Notes under the pieces: generated by a model
What the model saw: only the letters and a program-made list of their open reading frames with translations
The model's database searches: none
What the model was told of the DNA's origin: nothing
Sequence record: MN715356
DNA from: Escherichia phage vB_EcoP_EcoN5
Direction: 5' to 3' (one strand)
DNA length: 64,000 nucleotides
Part shown: piece by piece, positions 1 through 10,042 of the stretch
How positions within the stretch are numbered: the stretch's first letter is position 1
Layout: the number at the start of each line of letters is the position of its first letter
Program-made: the position numbers and the translations under genes

Positions 1-2
1 AA

Positions 3-401
3 GTGACTGGTGTTATCATGGGTACTGGTGTTGTAAACCCTGATGGCTCTGTTCCTAATGCTCAGAGAGTTGAGTTCCAAGCAGGCGGTACAGGTGGTCG
101 TGTCTTCAATACTATTCGTACAGAGAACGTACCTTTGATGACAGTTAACGGCTCTAGCTTCTCCTTATCAAGCAACACTCATAGTCACAACATGGTATTT
201 GGTCGTGGAGATGCTAGTGGTCACAACAGCTCACCTAACTGGTATAGCCCGGGTGGTGGTTACAGTCAGAGAACTGAGAATGACACACATACTCATACAA
301 TCTCTGGTAGTGTGAGTCTTGGTCGTGATGATATCTCTCGTCAACCTATTAACACTTTGCCACCATTCAGAGCAGCTCACATTTGGAGACGTATTAGCTA
401 A
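3..401 (+). CDS. C-terminal part of a virion/tail-fibre-like protein (5' end outside window)
   Basis: Open frame entering from window edge; Gly/Ser/Asn/Thr-rich fibre-like composition; next gene starts 10 nt downstream after AAGGAGG. Confidence 0.35.
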   Translation: MTGVIMGTGVVNPDGSVPNAQRVEFQAGGTGGRVFNTIRTENVPLMTVNGSSFSLSSNTHSHNMVFGRGDASGHNSSPNWYSPGGGYSQRTENDTHTHTISGSVSLGRDDISRQPINTLPPFRAAHIWRRIS

Positions 402-410
402 GGAGGAATT

Positions 411-3400
411 ATGGCGCTGTATCCAATAAAGTCGTTAGGTGCTGTAGGCGTTATCGCTGATCAGGCTCCTACAGACTTAGCTCCTAATGCTTTCACTAAT
501 GCTATAAATGCTCGATTTGTTGAGCAGAGAGTATTTAAGACGGGGGGCAATGCCCCTCTTTCTTATGTAGATGAAGATAAGGATTTAACCCCTCTGTCTT
601 TCGTTTCTATGCCTTTCGATTATTATAGCGCAGGTAATAGCTTTCTTGTTGTAGGTACAGATAAGAAGTTATATAAACTGACAGATGAAAGCTTGACTGA
701 TATTAGCCGTAAGGTTGCTACAGTCACTAAGAAGGCTTCTGCCTCAATTAAGATTTATCCAGTTGTTTCTCAGATTGTTCCTAAAGAATCAACTATCTCA
801 ATGAACTTCAATCAGACCAAGAATCTAGAGGTTTCTCTTCTCCCTTCTGATGCTAACAATACTGATCTTGTTTGGGAGGTTAGTAACTCATCCTATGGAA
901 GTATTACGGTAGACCCTAGTGACTCTAAACTTGCTACTCTAACATCTTTTGAGAAAGAGGGTAATCTTGTAGTAACTATCTCTACTGCAAATGAGTCCGT
1001 AGTGGCTCAGATTGCTGTTAATATCATCGATGGTGATTCAGGCATCTTCTTGAGTCAAGATACTGTTACAATTCGTAAAGGAGGGACTACTACTCTCACG
1101 GCTGTTACTGGAAAGACCCCTGTAACTTGGTCCAGCAATAACGCTTCTATTGTATCTGTAACCCCTAACGCCAATTCTCTAACTGCTGTAATTACAGCGA
1201 ATGGAGAAGGTAATGTAACAATCACTGCTGATAACGGAACTAAGACTGCTTCTTGTGAGATTGTTTCTATCCCTCAGATTGATAGTATCTCTTTAAGCCA
1301 GTCAGATGTTACTGTGAGCAGAGGTTCTCAGTATATCTTAACTGCTACCCTTTCTCCTGCTAACGCTCCTAATCAAAATATTACTTGGACCTCTTCTAAT
1401 CCAAATATTGCAACAGTATCAGGGACTAGCACACAAGGGACAGTAAATGCTTTACTCGCTGGCTTTACTGAGATTACAGCTACCACTGAAGAAGGCAACA
1501 GGGTTGCTGTCTGTACTGTACGGGTAGACTTAGCTGGTAGGACTATGAGAACAAGTGCTATGGCATTTGCTGATCCTGTGTCAGAGCCAGTAGAATCTCA
1601 AGAGGAAGAAGTAGTAACTCCTTCTGAAAGTGAAGAGACGGTTTATTTTGCTGAGCCTACATCCGGTATCGATACGTCAGGGATGTACGAAGGTAATAAC
1701 TTCTATGACTACTCTAACGTGAATGACATTGAAGGTTTTGCAAGAGCTTCTTTAATGGCAACTCCTTTGTCATCCGTAACCTTAGATGTTGTCAGCGCTT
1801 CTCTCGATGTTGGTGAGGAAATAGTTATTACAGCTACAGCTTCCCCAGAAGGTGATTATTCTTATCAGTGGTCTGTTGATAAGACTGGTTATGTTTCTAC
1901 AACTTCAGTTACTGGTAAATCTGTCAAACTGGTTGCTCTTCGTAAAGGAGAGATTAACGTAACATGTACTGTCAGTCAAATGACTCAGAAAGATTATGAT
2001 GCTTTTGATGACTACCCTTGGTATCATGCTGTAATTTCTAACTGTGCAGTTGCTACAACCCACTATGAAACTCCTCAGGTAAAAGAATTCGAATCAGAAT
2101 ACTTTGTAGACCTTCCGGGATGGGGTGAGCAAACAGTTGTTGATAATGACGGAAACCCTTCAGTTAAGAAGTTTAACTGGAAATGTGAGAGAGTGAGATC
2201 TTTTAACAACCGTCTTTTTGCTCTGAATATGAGAGAGGCTAATGCTTCTGGTGTTACCACTAACTACCCGCTTCGTCTTCGTTGGTCTAACTTTGCCAAT
2301 GAGAATAAGGCTCCTACACTGTGGGATGACTTTGCCTATGATCGAGTTGTGTCTTCGGACTTAGCTTCTAACATCGTAGGGCAGACTCAGGCTCTAGAGA
2401 ATGGGTATGCTGGTTACATCGACTTAGCAGATTCTAATGGTAGCTTGATTGATATCCTACCTCTTAAAGATTACTTGTTCGTTTATACAGAGTTTGAAAC
2501 GTATATTGGTTCTCCGACTAATAACACATACCAACCCCTGATGTTCAAGAAACTCTTTAACGACTCTGGTATCCTTGCTCCTGAGTGTGTGGTTGAAGTA
2601 GAAGGTAGTCACTTCGTAGTTACTCAGAACGATGTAATCTTACACAACGGTGCAACCAAGAAGTCAATTGCATCTAACCGTGTCAAGAACATGCTGATTA
2701 ACGAGGTGTGTCTGGTTAACCCTCTAGCAACTCGAGTTCACTTACATCAGGATAAGAAAGAAGTTTGGGTTCTCTATGTAGGTCCGGGAGAGCCGAAAGA
2801 AAGCTTCGCTTGCACTAAAGCTGCTGTATGGAACTATGAGTTTGATACTTGGTCTTTCCGTACTATCCCTTATGCTCAGTGTATCGGTCTAGTTGATCCT
2901 CCTGTTTTAGAGAGAGGTCCAATCTGGTCTGATTTCCAAGAGATCACTTGGGATGACCCATCTATCAAAGAGCTTGTTTGGAGAAAGGATGCAACAAACT
3001 TTAGACAGAGGGTTACGATAGTAGGTTCGTTCTTGAGGGGATTCTACCAAGTGGATGTAGGTGCTCTTGATTATTTCTATGATAGGTTAAATGATGTTGT
3101 TATAGAGAAGCCTCTGGAAATGAGGTTGGAGAGAACTGGCATAGATTTTGATAATGTGACGAATGAGTGGAATCAGAAGCATATTAACAGATTCCGTCCT
3201 CAGACAACTGGCTCAGGTACTTATATCTTTGAAGCTGGAGGTAGTCAATTCTCAAATGAATATGGACACCCACACACATCTAAGACTTATACAATTGGTG
3301 TTGACAGGCATGTCTCGGTGAGACTGAACCATCCATACCTTTTCTATAATGTTATAGATAATGATGTTAACAGTAATGCCGCTATCAATGGTTTAACGAT

Positions 3401-3428
3401 AGAGTTTGCTGTTGGCGGGCGGAGATAA
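411..3428 (+). CDS. large tail fibre / tailspike-like protein with tandem Ig-like (BIG2-type) repeats
   Basis: 1005-aa ORF with strong RBS; several ~90-aa repeats of pattern 'S.SV.V.P....LTAV..G...ITA..G..A.C.V' typical of bacterial Ig-like group 2 domains. Confidence 0.5.
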   Translation: MALYPIKSLGAVGVIADQAPTDLAPNAFTNAINARFVEQRVFKTGGNAPLSYVDEDKDLTPLSFVSMPFDYYSAGNSFLVVGTDKKLYKLTDESLTDISRKVATVTKKASASIKIYPVVSQIVPKESTISMNFNQTKNLEVSLLPSDANNTDLVWEVSNSSYGSITVDPSDSKLATLTSFEKEGNLVVTISTANESVVAQIAVNIIDGDSGIFLSQDTVTIRKGGTTTLTAVTGKTPVTWSSNNASIVSVTPNANSLTAVITANGEGNVTITADNGTKTASCEIVSIPQIDSISLSQSDVTVSRGSQYILTATLSPANAPNQNITWTSSNPNIATVSGTSTQGTVNALLAGFTEITATTEEGNRVAVCTVRVDLAGRTMRTSAMAFADPVSEPVESQEEEVVTPSESEETVYFAEPTSGIDTSGMYEGNNFYDYSNVNDIEGFARASLMATPLSSVTLDVVSASLDVGEEIVITATASPEGDYSYQWSVDKTGYVSTTSVTGKSVKLVALRKGEINVTCTVSQMTQKDYDAFDDYPWYHAVISNCAVATTHYETPQVKEFESEYFVDLPGWGEQTVVDNDGNPSVKKFNWKCERVRSFNNRLFALNMREANASGVTTNYPLRLRWSNFANENKAPTLWDDFAYDRVVSSDLASNIVGQTQALENGYAGYIDLADSNGSLIDILPLKDYLFVYTEFETYIGSPTNNTYQPLMFKKLFNDSGILAPECVVEVEGSHFVVTQNDVILHNGATKKSIASNRVKNMLINEVCLVNPLATRVHLHQDKKEVWVLYVGPGEPKESFACTKAAVWNYEFDTWSFRTIPYAQCIGLVDPPVLERGPIWSDFQEITWDDPSIKELVWRKDATNFRQRVTIVGSFLRGFYQVDVGALDYFYDRLNDVVIEKPLEMRLERTGIDFDNVTNEWNQKHINRFRPQTTGSGTYIFEAGGSQFSNEYGHPHTSKTYTIGVDRHVSVRLNHPYLFYNVIDNDVNSNAAINGLTIEFAVGGRR

Positions 3429-3434
3429 CAACAA

Positions 3435-3458
3435 GGGGCTTCGTGCCCCTTTTATTGT
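3435..3458 (+). terminator. rho-independent terminator / attenuator hairpin
   Basis: GGGGC-TTCGT-GCCCC hairpin followed by TTTTATTGTTTT between fibre genes. Confidence 0.4.
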
Positions 3459-3471
3459 TTTGGAGGAACTT

Positions 3472-4440
3472 ATGGGTGCAGGTGGTTTTCGTAAGAACAC
3501 TGGTCGCAACAATACCACACTCCCGTACAACGTTGGGTTTCTCAATAATGTACAGGACACAGAAACATATAACGTAGCCGTATATGATGAGCTACAAAAA
3601 GTCAGTACAGCTACTAACCAAATGTTCCAAGCTATTGACGAGATTCACGATGAGATTGATGTTCGTATCAAAGCTCTTCATGCTATGAACCTACAATTCG
3701 ATGAGCTTGAGAATAGAATTACTACAGAGATAGAGACAGCTATTGCCGATATCCAAACACAGATGGGGAACCTCTCCACTGAAGATATTTGGGATAATTC
3801 TGTTCAACCTCCTGTAAAATTAGAAAGCACTGTATCTGGCTTTAAGACGAGTATTGAAGGTAACACAACTAAGATTCAAACGGTAGAAGGTATTGTCAAC
3901 GACCAAGGTCAAGAGATTGCTTTAGTTCAGACAGAGATTCAAAATATTAATGGAAGCCTCTCTCAGTATATGAAACTTTCCGAGTATGAAGCTACGTGGG
4001 GTGTTAACTCTACAGTCAACGGAAGATATGCTGGGGTCAAGTTAACTAACAACGGAACAAACAGCCAATTCCAAGTAACAGCTAACAAATTTATTGTTGG
4101 TGATGGCAACTCTGGTAACACTCCCTTCGTGTTTGAGGGTGGTAGAGCTAGGATGGAGTTCGCTGACATAAAGAACGTCAACATCACAACAGCTCAGATT
4201 GCCAACGCCAGAATCCAATGGGCACAGATTGATAACGTATCTATCTCCAATGCTCAGATTCAGAATTTATCAGCGGATAAAATCACTGCTGGTTCTATGT
4301 GGGGTTCTAACTGGAGACTTACTGTTGGGGGTGACTTTGTTATGGGCGGTACAGGTGGGGCACAATTGTGGATGAATGGTAACAGAATAGATTTCTATGA
4401 TGGAAGTGGTGCTCTAAGAATCAGAATAGGGAGTTGGTAA
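3472..4440 (+). CDS. tail-fibre-like protein (coiled-coil N-terminus, repeat-rich C-terminus)
   Basis: Track ORF 3406-4440; likely start ATG 3472 after GGAGGAACTT; repeated 'AQI.NA.IQ' motifs. Confidence 0.4.
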   Translation: MGAGGFRKNTGRNNTTLPYNVGFLNNVQDTETYNVAVYDELQKVSTATNQMFQAIDEIHDEIDVRIKALHAMNLQFDELENRITTEIETAIADIQTQMGNLSTEDIWDNSVQPPVKLESTVSGFKTSIEGNTTKIQTVEGIVNDQGQEIALVQTEIQNINGSLSQYMKLSEYEATWGVNSTVNGRYAGVKLTNNGTNSQFQVTANKFIVGDGNSGNTPFVFEGGRARMEFADIKNVNITTAQIANARIQWAQIDNVSISNAQIQNLSADKITAGSMWGSNWRLTVGGDFVMGGTGGAQLWMNGNRIDFYDGSGALRIRIGSW

Positions 4441-4441
4441 T

Positions 4442-5461
4442 ATGGCATATGGAATATGGTGTCAACCAGTAGGTCCGGGGCCGGCTGCCCCTGCCTCTCT
4501 TTTTATAGATAGTAATCTAACATTTCCACAATACCTAGGGGCATACAGTATATCCCCTTCGTGGAGTGCTAGAAATGCTTCATTTAACGTTGGCTCTTTT
4601 GATGGTCAAGGTGAGTTGTTAATTGTCCCAACCAGTAGACTTATTCAAGATTATTATGTAGGTACAGATTTAATGCCTAGTTTTAGTTATGTAACAGGTA
4701 TAGGAACTTCTGGACAAACAGTAAACATCAATATAGAACCTGCTGGGGCTAGTGGTAATAACAACAGAAATTTCCCAATGTCATTCCAAGCATATAAACT
4801 CTGGCCTAGAGGTAATAGAAGTTATGGAATAACTTTCTCCAATTCAGCGGATTTCTTTTCTATCTCTGATAGTGGGGTTGTTGGTCAGTGTGTTTGGGCG
4901 TACAGAGGGGCTGTAGGGGATGGTTTTACTGTTCCTAATGCTGGGCCTAATGCTCTTGTGTTTGCCAATTGGAATCAGGGTGGGGTGTGTGCTTCTTACA
5001 ATGCAAGTAATGGTCAAATGATTATAACCCACAATAGGTCGAATCAGTCCGGCAGTAACAGAGGTGCAGTAATAAATGATATGAGAATTGCTGTTTTTGC
5101 TAGTGGGGTAGGTGTACCGGAACATAATGGAGGTTTGAATATTTATTCTCCTGGGACAACCACTTGTGTATTCTCTACTTACAGGACTCCTTTTGCTATC
5201 AGTAGGTTCTTCCCGTCAAGTGGGGGTGGTACAGGTCTAGGTATTCCTATGATGTGTATGAACGTTACCAACGGAGCTATAACAGCGCAAGGTGGTGGGT
5301 GGATGTGGGTTCACGAAAGATCTCATACAATGAGTGGTACATCGGTGGGAACAGGCTTTGGCCCACTCGTGGCTAACTGGACTGACCAATACCCAATCAA
5401 TGTTAACATAAACCTAGGATTCAATTACCCAATGTTGGAAGGTTCTTTAATTTATGCATAA
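4442..5461 (+). CDS. Gly-rich virion / fibre-associated protein
   Basis: 339-aa ORF directly abutting previous gene; Gly/Asn/Ser-rich, no enzymatic motif. Confidence 0.35.
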   Translation: MAYGIWCQPVGPGPAAPASLFIDSNLTFPQYLGAYSISPSWSARNASFNVGSFDGQGELLIVPTSRLIQDYYVGTDLMPSFSYVTGIGTSGQTVNINIEPAGASGNNNRNFPMSFQAYKLWPRGNRSYGITFSNSADFFSISDSGVVGQCVWAYRGAVGDGFTVPNAGPNALVFANWNQGGVCASYNASNGQMIITHNRSNQSGSNRGAVINDMRIAVFASGVGVPEHNGGLNIYSPGTTTCVFSTYRTPFAISRFFPSSGGGTGLGIPMMCMNVTNGAITAQGGGWMWVHERSHTMSGTSVGTGFGPLVANWTDQYPINVNINLGFNYPMLEGSLIYA

Positions 5462-5470
5462 GGAGATATT

Positions 5471-6253
5471 ATGGCAATTAGAATGGGTATCGAAGAACTA
5501 GACCCAATGGTACAGCAAGCTTCAAAGAAGTATGGTATTCCTGCTGCTTTGATTCATGCTGTAATCCAAAGAGAGTCTAGTGGTCGTCCTACAGTGGCCT
5601 CTGGAACTGGTCCTGTAGGTCTAATGCAGATCAGTAAAGGGTTGGCTAAAGACTATGGATACAAACTAGAAGATAGACTGGACCCAGCAAAGAATATTGA
5701 CATGGGTGCTCGTTATATCAGAGATAACTTAAAAGCTTTTAATGGTGATGTTAAGAAAGCAATGGTTGGTTACTCGGAAGGTATAGGCGGTGCTAAGCAG
5801 ATGTTCGCTGGTAAAAGAGGGTTTACCCCTCAAGCCCTTGACTCAATGAATAACAAACACTTTCTCCCTTTCTATGGTGATGCAGCTTCTCAGATTGCTA
5901 ATCCAATTGGAGCTTTACAAGCTGTTCAACCAATAGATCAGTTTAATCCAGAAAACCTAAATAGAGAGAAGGCTGCACAAGCTCCAACTCAGGCAGAGAT
6001 TGCTGCTTCTAAGACAGGTGCTTTAGGTGGTAATCCAGTAGAGTTCTACTCTGATGAAGTTCAGGAAGGTGAAGATCAGAAGCCTCAACAGAACTTTGGT
6101 AATGCAGTATTAGGAGTAGCTGCTATGCTTGCTGGTAAACCTCCCACCTCTCAAACAGTTCAGAGGGCAAGTGCACCACATGCAGCAGGTTCTCAGTACA
6201 GCCCACAAACACAAGCAGTGCTCAGACGTTTGGCTAGCATTGGTGTAAAGTAA
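5471..6253 (+). CDS. lytic transglycosylase (SLT domain), probably virion-associated
   Basis: 'LIHAVIQRESSGRP...GLMQISKGLAKDYGY' matches the E-S / GLMQ / Y signature of soluble lytic transglycosylases; RBS AAGGAG. Confidence 0.75.
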   Translation: MAIRMGIEELDPMVQQASKKYGIPAALIHAVIQRESSGRPTVASGTGPVGLMQISKGLAKDYGYKLEDRLDPAKNIDMGARYIRDNLKAFNGDVKKAMVGYSEGIGGAKQMFAGKRGFTPQALDSMNNKHFLPFYGDAASQIANPIGALQAVQPIDQFNPENLNREKAAQAPTQAEIAASKTGALGGNPVEFYSDEVQEGEDQKPQQNFGNAVLGVAAMLAGKPPTSQTVQRASAPHAAGSQYSPQTQAVLRRLASIGVK

Positions 6254-6272
6254 TAATCTTTAAGGAGGACTT

Positions 6273-7325
6273 ATGTCTTTATTTGGAAAATCAGCTTCTA
6301 GCAAAACCACAGTGGCCCCTTCCTCTCAGGTTGATGCCCTGCTGAAGCAGATTGTTGCTAATGCTCAGAATATGCAGAACAACGATCCGGGATTCATCTC
6401 CCAACAGCTGGCTGGGTTTAATGGCAATCAACAGGGCGCTCTGAATAACTTAGCAGCTTCTACAACTCAGAAGCAATTAGCTGATATGTACACACCACGT
6501 ACACAGCAAGGGTTGGACCAACTAAACTCTCTTGCCCAGCAGTATCAGAATATTGTCAATGGTGGTGGTCTAACTGCTGATAGTGTTAATAACTTCAGTA
6601 AAGGGTTGAATAACTCAGCTCTTGCTCAGGCTACTAGCAAAGCAGCTTCTAATGTTTCTCTTGGCAATGGCTCTGATTCAGGCTCTCTCCGTAGGGCTGC
6701 GGCTCAAGGTGCTGCCCTGAATGGTGCTAATACAAATCTATCTCGTACCATCAATGGTAAGAACATGGGAATCAGTGCTCTTCAACAAGACCAGAACTTC
6801 CAGAGAGGTTTGCTTGGTGCTCAGTCCGGTTTAGCTGGACAGAATCTCAATCTTGGTGCTCAAGGTGTTCAGGCAACTCAACAAGCTATTCAGAATCAGC
6901 TGATGGCTGGTAATCTGCAACAGCAACAAGCTCAAGCTCAAGCGGATATTAATTGGCAAAATGCTATTGGCTCTCAGCAGTATGGGTGGAATCAGCTTAA
7001 CAATCAGCTTAATGTATTAAACAGTGTAAGCCCAATGGCTGGGTATACGATTAAGAATGCTGCTCCGGGAGTCAATGCTGGACAACAGCTCCTAGGTGCT
7101 GGTATCACTGGTTTAGGTATTGCGGGTCGTATGGGTGCTTTCTCCCCTAACCAACAGACTCAGAATGCTTGGAGTTCTTATAACAACTCAGGTGGGCAAT
7201 CTGGAATGGCTGGTCCTATGATTGGAGGTTCTAATCTTTCTCAACAGAAAGGTCAATCTAACTGGTTATCCACAACGGGTAATAATATCTTAGGCGGAGT
7301 CTTAGGGGCATTTGGAGCAAACTAA
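6273..7325 (+). CDS. Gln/Asn/Gly-rich virion protein
   Basis: 350-aa low-complexity Q/N/G/A-rich ORF with RBS AAGGAGG in the structural operon. Confidence 0.4.
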   Translation: MSLFGKSASSKTTVAPSSQVDALLKQIVANAQNMQNNDPGFISQQLAGFNGNQQGALNNLAASTTQKQLADMYTPRTQQGLDQLNSLAQQYQNIVNGGGLTADSVNNFSKGLNNSALAQATSKAASNVSLGNGSDSGSLRRAAAQGAALNGANTNLSRTINGKNMGISALQQDQNFQRGLLGAQSGLAGQNLNLGAQGVQATQQAIQNQLMAGNLQQQQAQAQADINWQNAIGSQQYGWNQLNNQLNVLNSVSPMAGYTIKNAAPGVNAGQQLLGAGITGLGIAGRMGAFSPNQQTQNAWSSYNNSGGQSGMAGPMIGGSNLSQQKGQSNWLSTTGNNILGGVLGAFGAN

Positions 7326-7337
7326 AGGAGATTTAAT

Positions 7338-8306
7338 ATGGCACTTTTCGGAGGCGGGGGTAGTAAAACTACTTCCCAAATGATTCGCCCTGAATATATT
7401 CAACAGTATATTGACCAGCTTAACCAGCAGATTGGTAATACTAGTTCAGGGGATTATGTCTATCGTGACAACGTAGGATTTAATAACAACCAGACAGAAG
7501 CTCTTAATAATTTGGCTCAATCCGGTGCTCTAGGGACTCTCTCACAACAATACATGGATGCAGCAGGTCAGGGATTGGGTTATCTCGATAACGCCTATAA
7601 AGGTTATCAGAGCCTCTCTGGACAAGGCGGGATTACTGGAGAACAGATTGGTGCTCTTGCTGGTCAACTGTATGACGACGATGCTGTTCAGGCAGCTATT
7701 ACAGCTAATAACGAACAAGTTCAACAGAACCTAGCACGTAATGCTCTTCCTCAATTGGCTCAACAGTATGCTGGTCAGCAGGGTTCAGGTGCTCGTATGG
7801 CTAAATCTTTTGCTCAGGGTGATGCTCTGAATCAGATGCAAAATCAAGCAACAGATATTACCAATAGTGCTTATAACTCGGCTATCAACCAAGCTGAAAG
7901 CATTCTCTCTGGTAATAGACAGAATCAGGCAGCTGCTCTCTCGGGCCTTTCTACTATTGGTTCTAACCTTTCTAACCTAGGTCAGCAGGGTGCTAATTTG
8001 TCTCAACAGCAAATAATGAATCAGTGGAATGCAGGGTTGCAGCAACAACAGCAACAACAGAATGAATATGATAATGCCTACCAGAATGCTCAGAACGCAG
8101 CTAATTGGGGATGGCAAGATATCAATAACCAACTCGGTGCAGCAGGTGTACTTAACGGTGCTCTCGGACAAACTACAACTACTAAAACATCTGGTGGCAA
8201 AGGTGGTTTCCTTGGTGGAGCTATGAGTGGTGCAGCAGCAGGTTCTTCCTTTGGGCCTTGGGGTGCATTAGCTGGGGGTGTAATCGGTGGGTTGGCTAGT
8301 ACTTAA
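7338..8306 (+). CDS. Gln/Asn/Gly-rich virion protein (similar composition to 6273-7325)
   Basis: 322-aa ORF, RBS AAGGAG; shares 'NNQ..ALNNLA' style segments with upstream gene. Confidence 0.4.
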   Translation: MALFGGGGSKTTSQMIRPEYIQQYIDQLNQQIGNTSSGDYVYRDNVGFNNNQTEALNNLAQSGALGTLSQQYMDAAGQGLGYLDNAYKGYQSLSGQGGITGEQIGALAGQLYDDDAVQAAITANNEQVQQNLARNALPQLAQQYAGQQGSGARMAKSFAQGDALNQMQNQATDITNSAYNSAINQAESILSGNRQNQAAALSGLSTIGSNLSNLGQQGANLSQQQIMNQWNAGLQQQQQQQNEYDNAYQNAQNAANWGWQDINNQLGAAGVLNGALGQTTTTKTSGGKGGFLGGAMSGAAAGSSFGPWGALAGGVIGGLAST

Positions 8307-8319
8307 TTAGGAGACAAAT

Positions 8320-9975
8320 ATGCAACAGACAACTTACGCTCAGGTCAGAAGTCGTGACCCGAGAAATACTTTCTATGGTGTTAATCCGGGAGCGGCTTCG
8401 GCCTCTCCTTATATGGCTAGACCTACTCAGACAGCAGATATTTCTATGTATCAACGTCCTTCTGTACCTTCATCTCTTGCGGGTCTTGTCTCTCAGGCAG
8501 AAGAAGATCAGAATGCTATGGTTAATCCGGGATTCCAGCAACGTCTTATGGAACAGCAGAATCAAGGAACTCCTACCAGCCTTCAGGGTATTGATATTGG
8601 AGCACCAGCCCCTGTATCAGCTAATCCTAACCTATCCACTGATCAAGGTTTACAGGATGCTGGGCTTATACCTAGTGACCCTCTTCCGGTAACACCTCCT
8701 TCTAAACCACTAGAAGCTGGTCCTATGGAGTTTACTCCTTCTCAGGTGGAACAGGCACAAGGTGTGATTAACACTCTTGCTCAAGGACAAGACACTGGTG
8801 ATGGAATGGCTGCTGCTACTCGTGCTAAAGATCAAGAACGTGTTAACAATGATATTTTGCAAGTTGCGAAAGCTAAAGACCCTTCAGAAGCTTGGAATAA
8901 ATTACAGAAAGAACCATTCTATCAGAACTCTAGTTTCTACACAGGTTTGATGGGTGTAGGTCTTTCAATTATGTCAGGTAAGTCTCCTATCGAAGCTTTC
9001 CAGATTGGTCAGGGAATGGCTAATCAAGATGAGACTAAGAAGCAACTAGAAGCTAACCGTGATGCCCTGATTGAACAAGGTTTCTCTCAAGACTCAATCG
9101 CAGCTGCTATTGCTAACGGAGACCCATCCCTGCTGAAGATGAAAGCTGTAGACCCTGCTCAGAAAGAAGCTCTGTATGCTGCTCGTGAAGAACGACAAAA
9201 TGCTGAATGGGATAGACGTCAACAGATTCAAGAGCAGGCTATGCGTGAACGTGCCGAGGAAACACGTCGTGCTGCTGAAAAGAGAACTAATATGAACTTT
9301 GAACGTCAGAAAGAGTTGATTGGCTATCGTGATAAAGTTAAGGCTGAACGTGCTGAACAAGTTGCTCAAAGTTTCAACTTCCCCACAAAAGAAATCCGTA
9401 ACGCTCAGAATACAGCTGAAGGTACTATCGCTAAGCAGTGGGCAGAGAAAGGTGGCTTGTTTAACCAGTCTAATAAAGACTTGGACTTGGCTGATAAAGC
9501 TGTTAAGGACAAAGACTATCAGACGGCCCGTTCTGCTTACATGCAGGCTATCATGAACTCCGCAAGAGCTGAAATTGGTTCTACTCGTTCTCTCACTGAA
9601 GAAGATTTGGGGCATTTTGCAGAAGACCCATCAATCTTTATCCGTGTAGGTAACAAGTTTGCTCTGAAGTCTGGGTGGCGTCCTACTGATTCTGCTCTTG
9701 CTTATGCTCGTAAACAGGCTAATGTCGGTCACACCTCTGCTATGAAAGGTGTTGCTGATGCTAAGAGAGATACTATCAACGCTTATGTTGGTTCTGGTAT
9801 GGATAAGAAGAGAGCTACTGCATTGGTTAACCGTGCAATTCCTTCTGGTGGTTTCTATGACCCTCTCGGTGTTTTCTCTGATGAAGCAGAAGATTATGTT
9901 GGTGGTGCAGCAACCAATCCTAAACTGAACGGTGCTTTATCAGCTGTCGAAGACACTAGCTGGTTCACGCAATAA
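8320..9975 (+). CDS. virion protein, function unknown
   Basis: 551-aa ORF with RBS AGGAG in structural operon; charged alpha-helical C-terminal half. Confidence 0.35.
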   Translation: MQQTTYAQVRSRDPRNTFYGVNPGAASASPYMARPTQTADISMYQRPSVPSSLAGLVSQAEEDQNAMVNPGFQQRLMEQQNQGTPTSLQGIDIGAPAPVSANPNLSTDQGLQDAGLIPSDPLPVTPPSKPLEAGPMEFTPSQVEQAQGVINTLAQGQDTGDGMAAATRAKDQERVNNDILQVAKAKDPSEAWNKLQKEPFYQNSSFYTGLMGVGLSIMSGKSPIEAFQIGQGMANQDETKKQLEANRDALIEQGFSQDSIAAAIANGDPSLLKMKAVDPAQKEALYAAREERQNAEWDRRQQIQEQAMRERAEETRRAAEKRTNMNFERQKELIGYRDKVKAERAEQVAQSFNFPTKEIRNAQNTAEGTIAKQWAEKGGLFNQSNKDLDLADKAVKDKDYQTARSAYMQAIMNSARAEIGSTRSLTEEDLGHFAEDPSIFIRVGNKFALKSGWRPTDSALAYARKQANVGHTSAMKGVADAKRDTINAYVGSGMDKKRATALVNRAIPSGGFYDPLGVFSDEAEDYVGGAATNPKLNGALSAVEDTSWFTQ

Positions 9976-9995
9976 GACCTAAGTCCTGCCTTCTA

Positions 9996-10004
9996 TAATG
10001 TATA
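9996..10004 (+). promoter_or_regulatory. candidate phage-sigma promoter element TAATGTATA
   Basis: Exact 9-mer ~40 nt upstream of ATG 10043 in sense orientation; same 9-mer on the minus strand upstream of two minus-strand genes. Confidence 0.3.
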
Positions 10005-10042
10005 TAGGGGGTAGGACATTTTTATTTATAAAAGGAGACGTT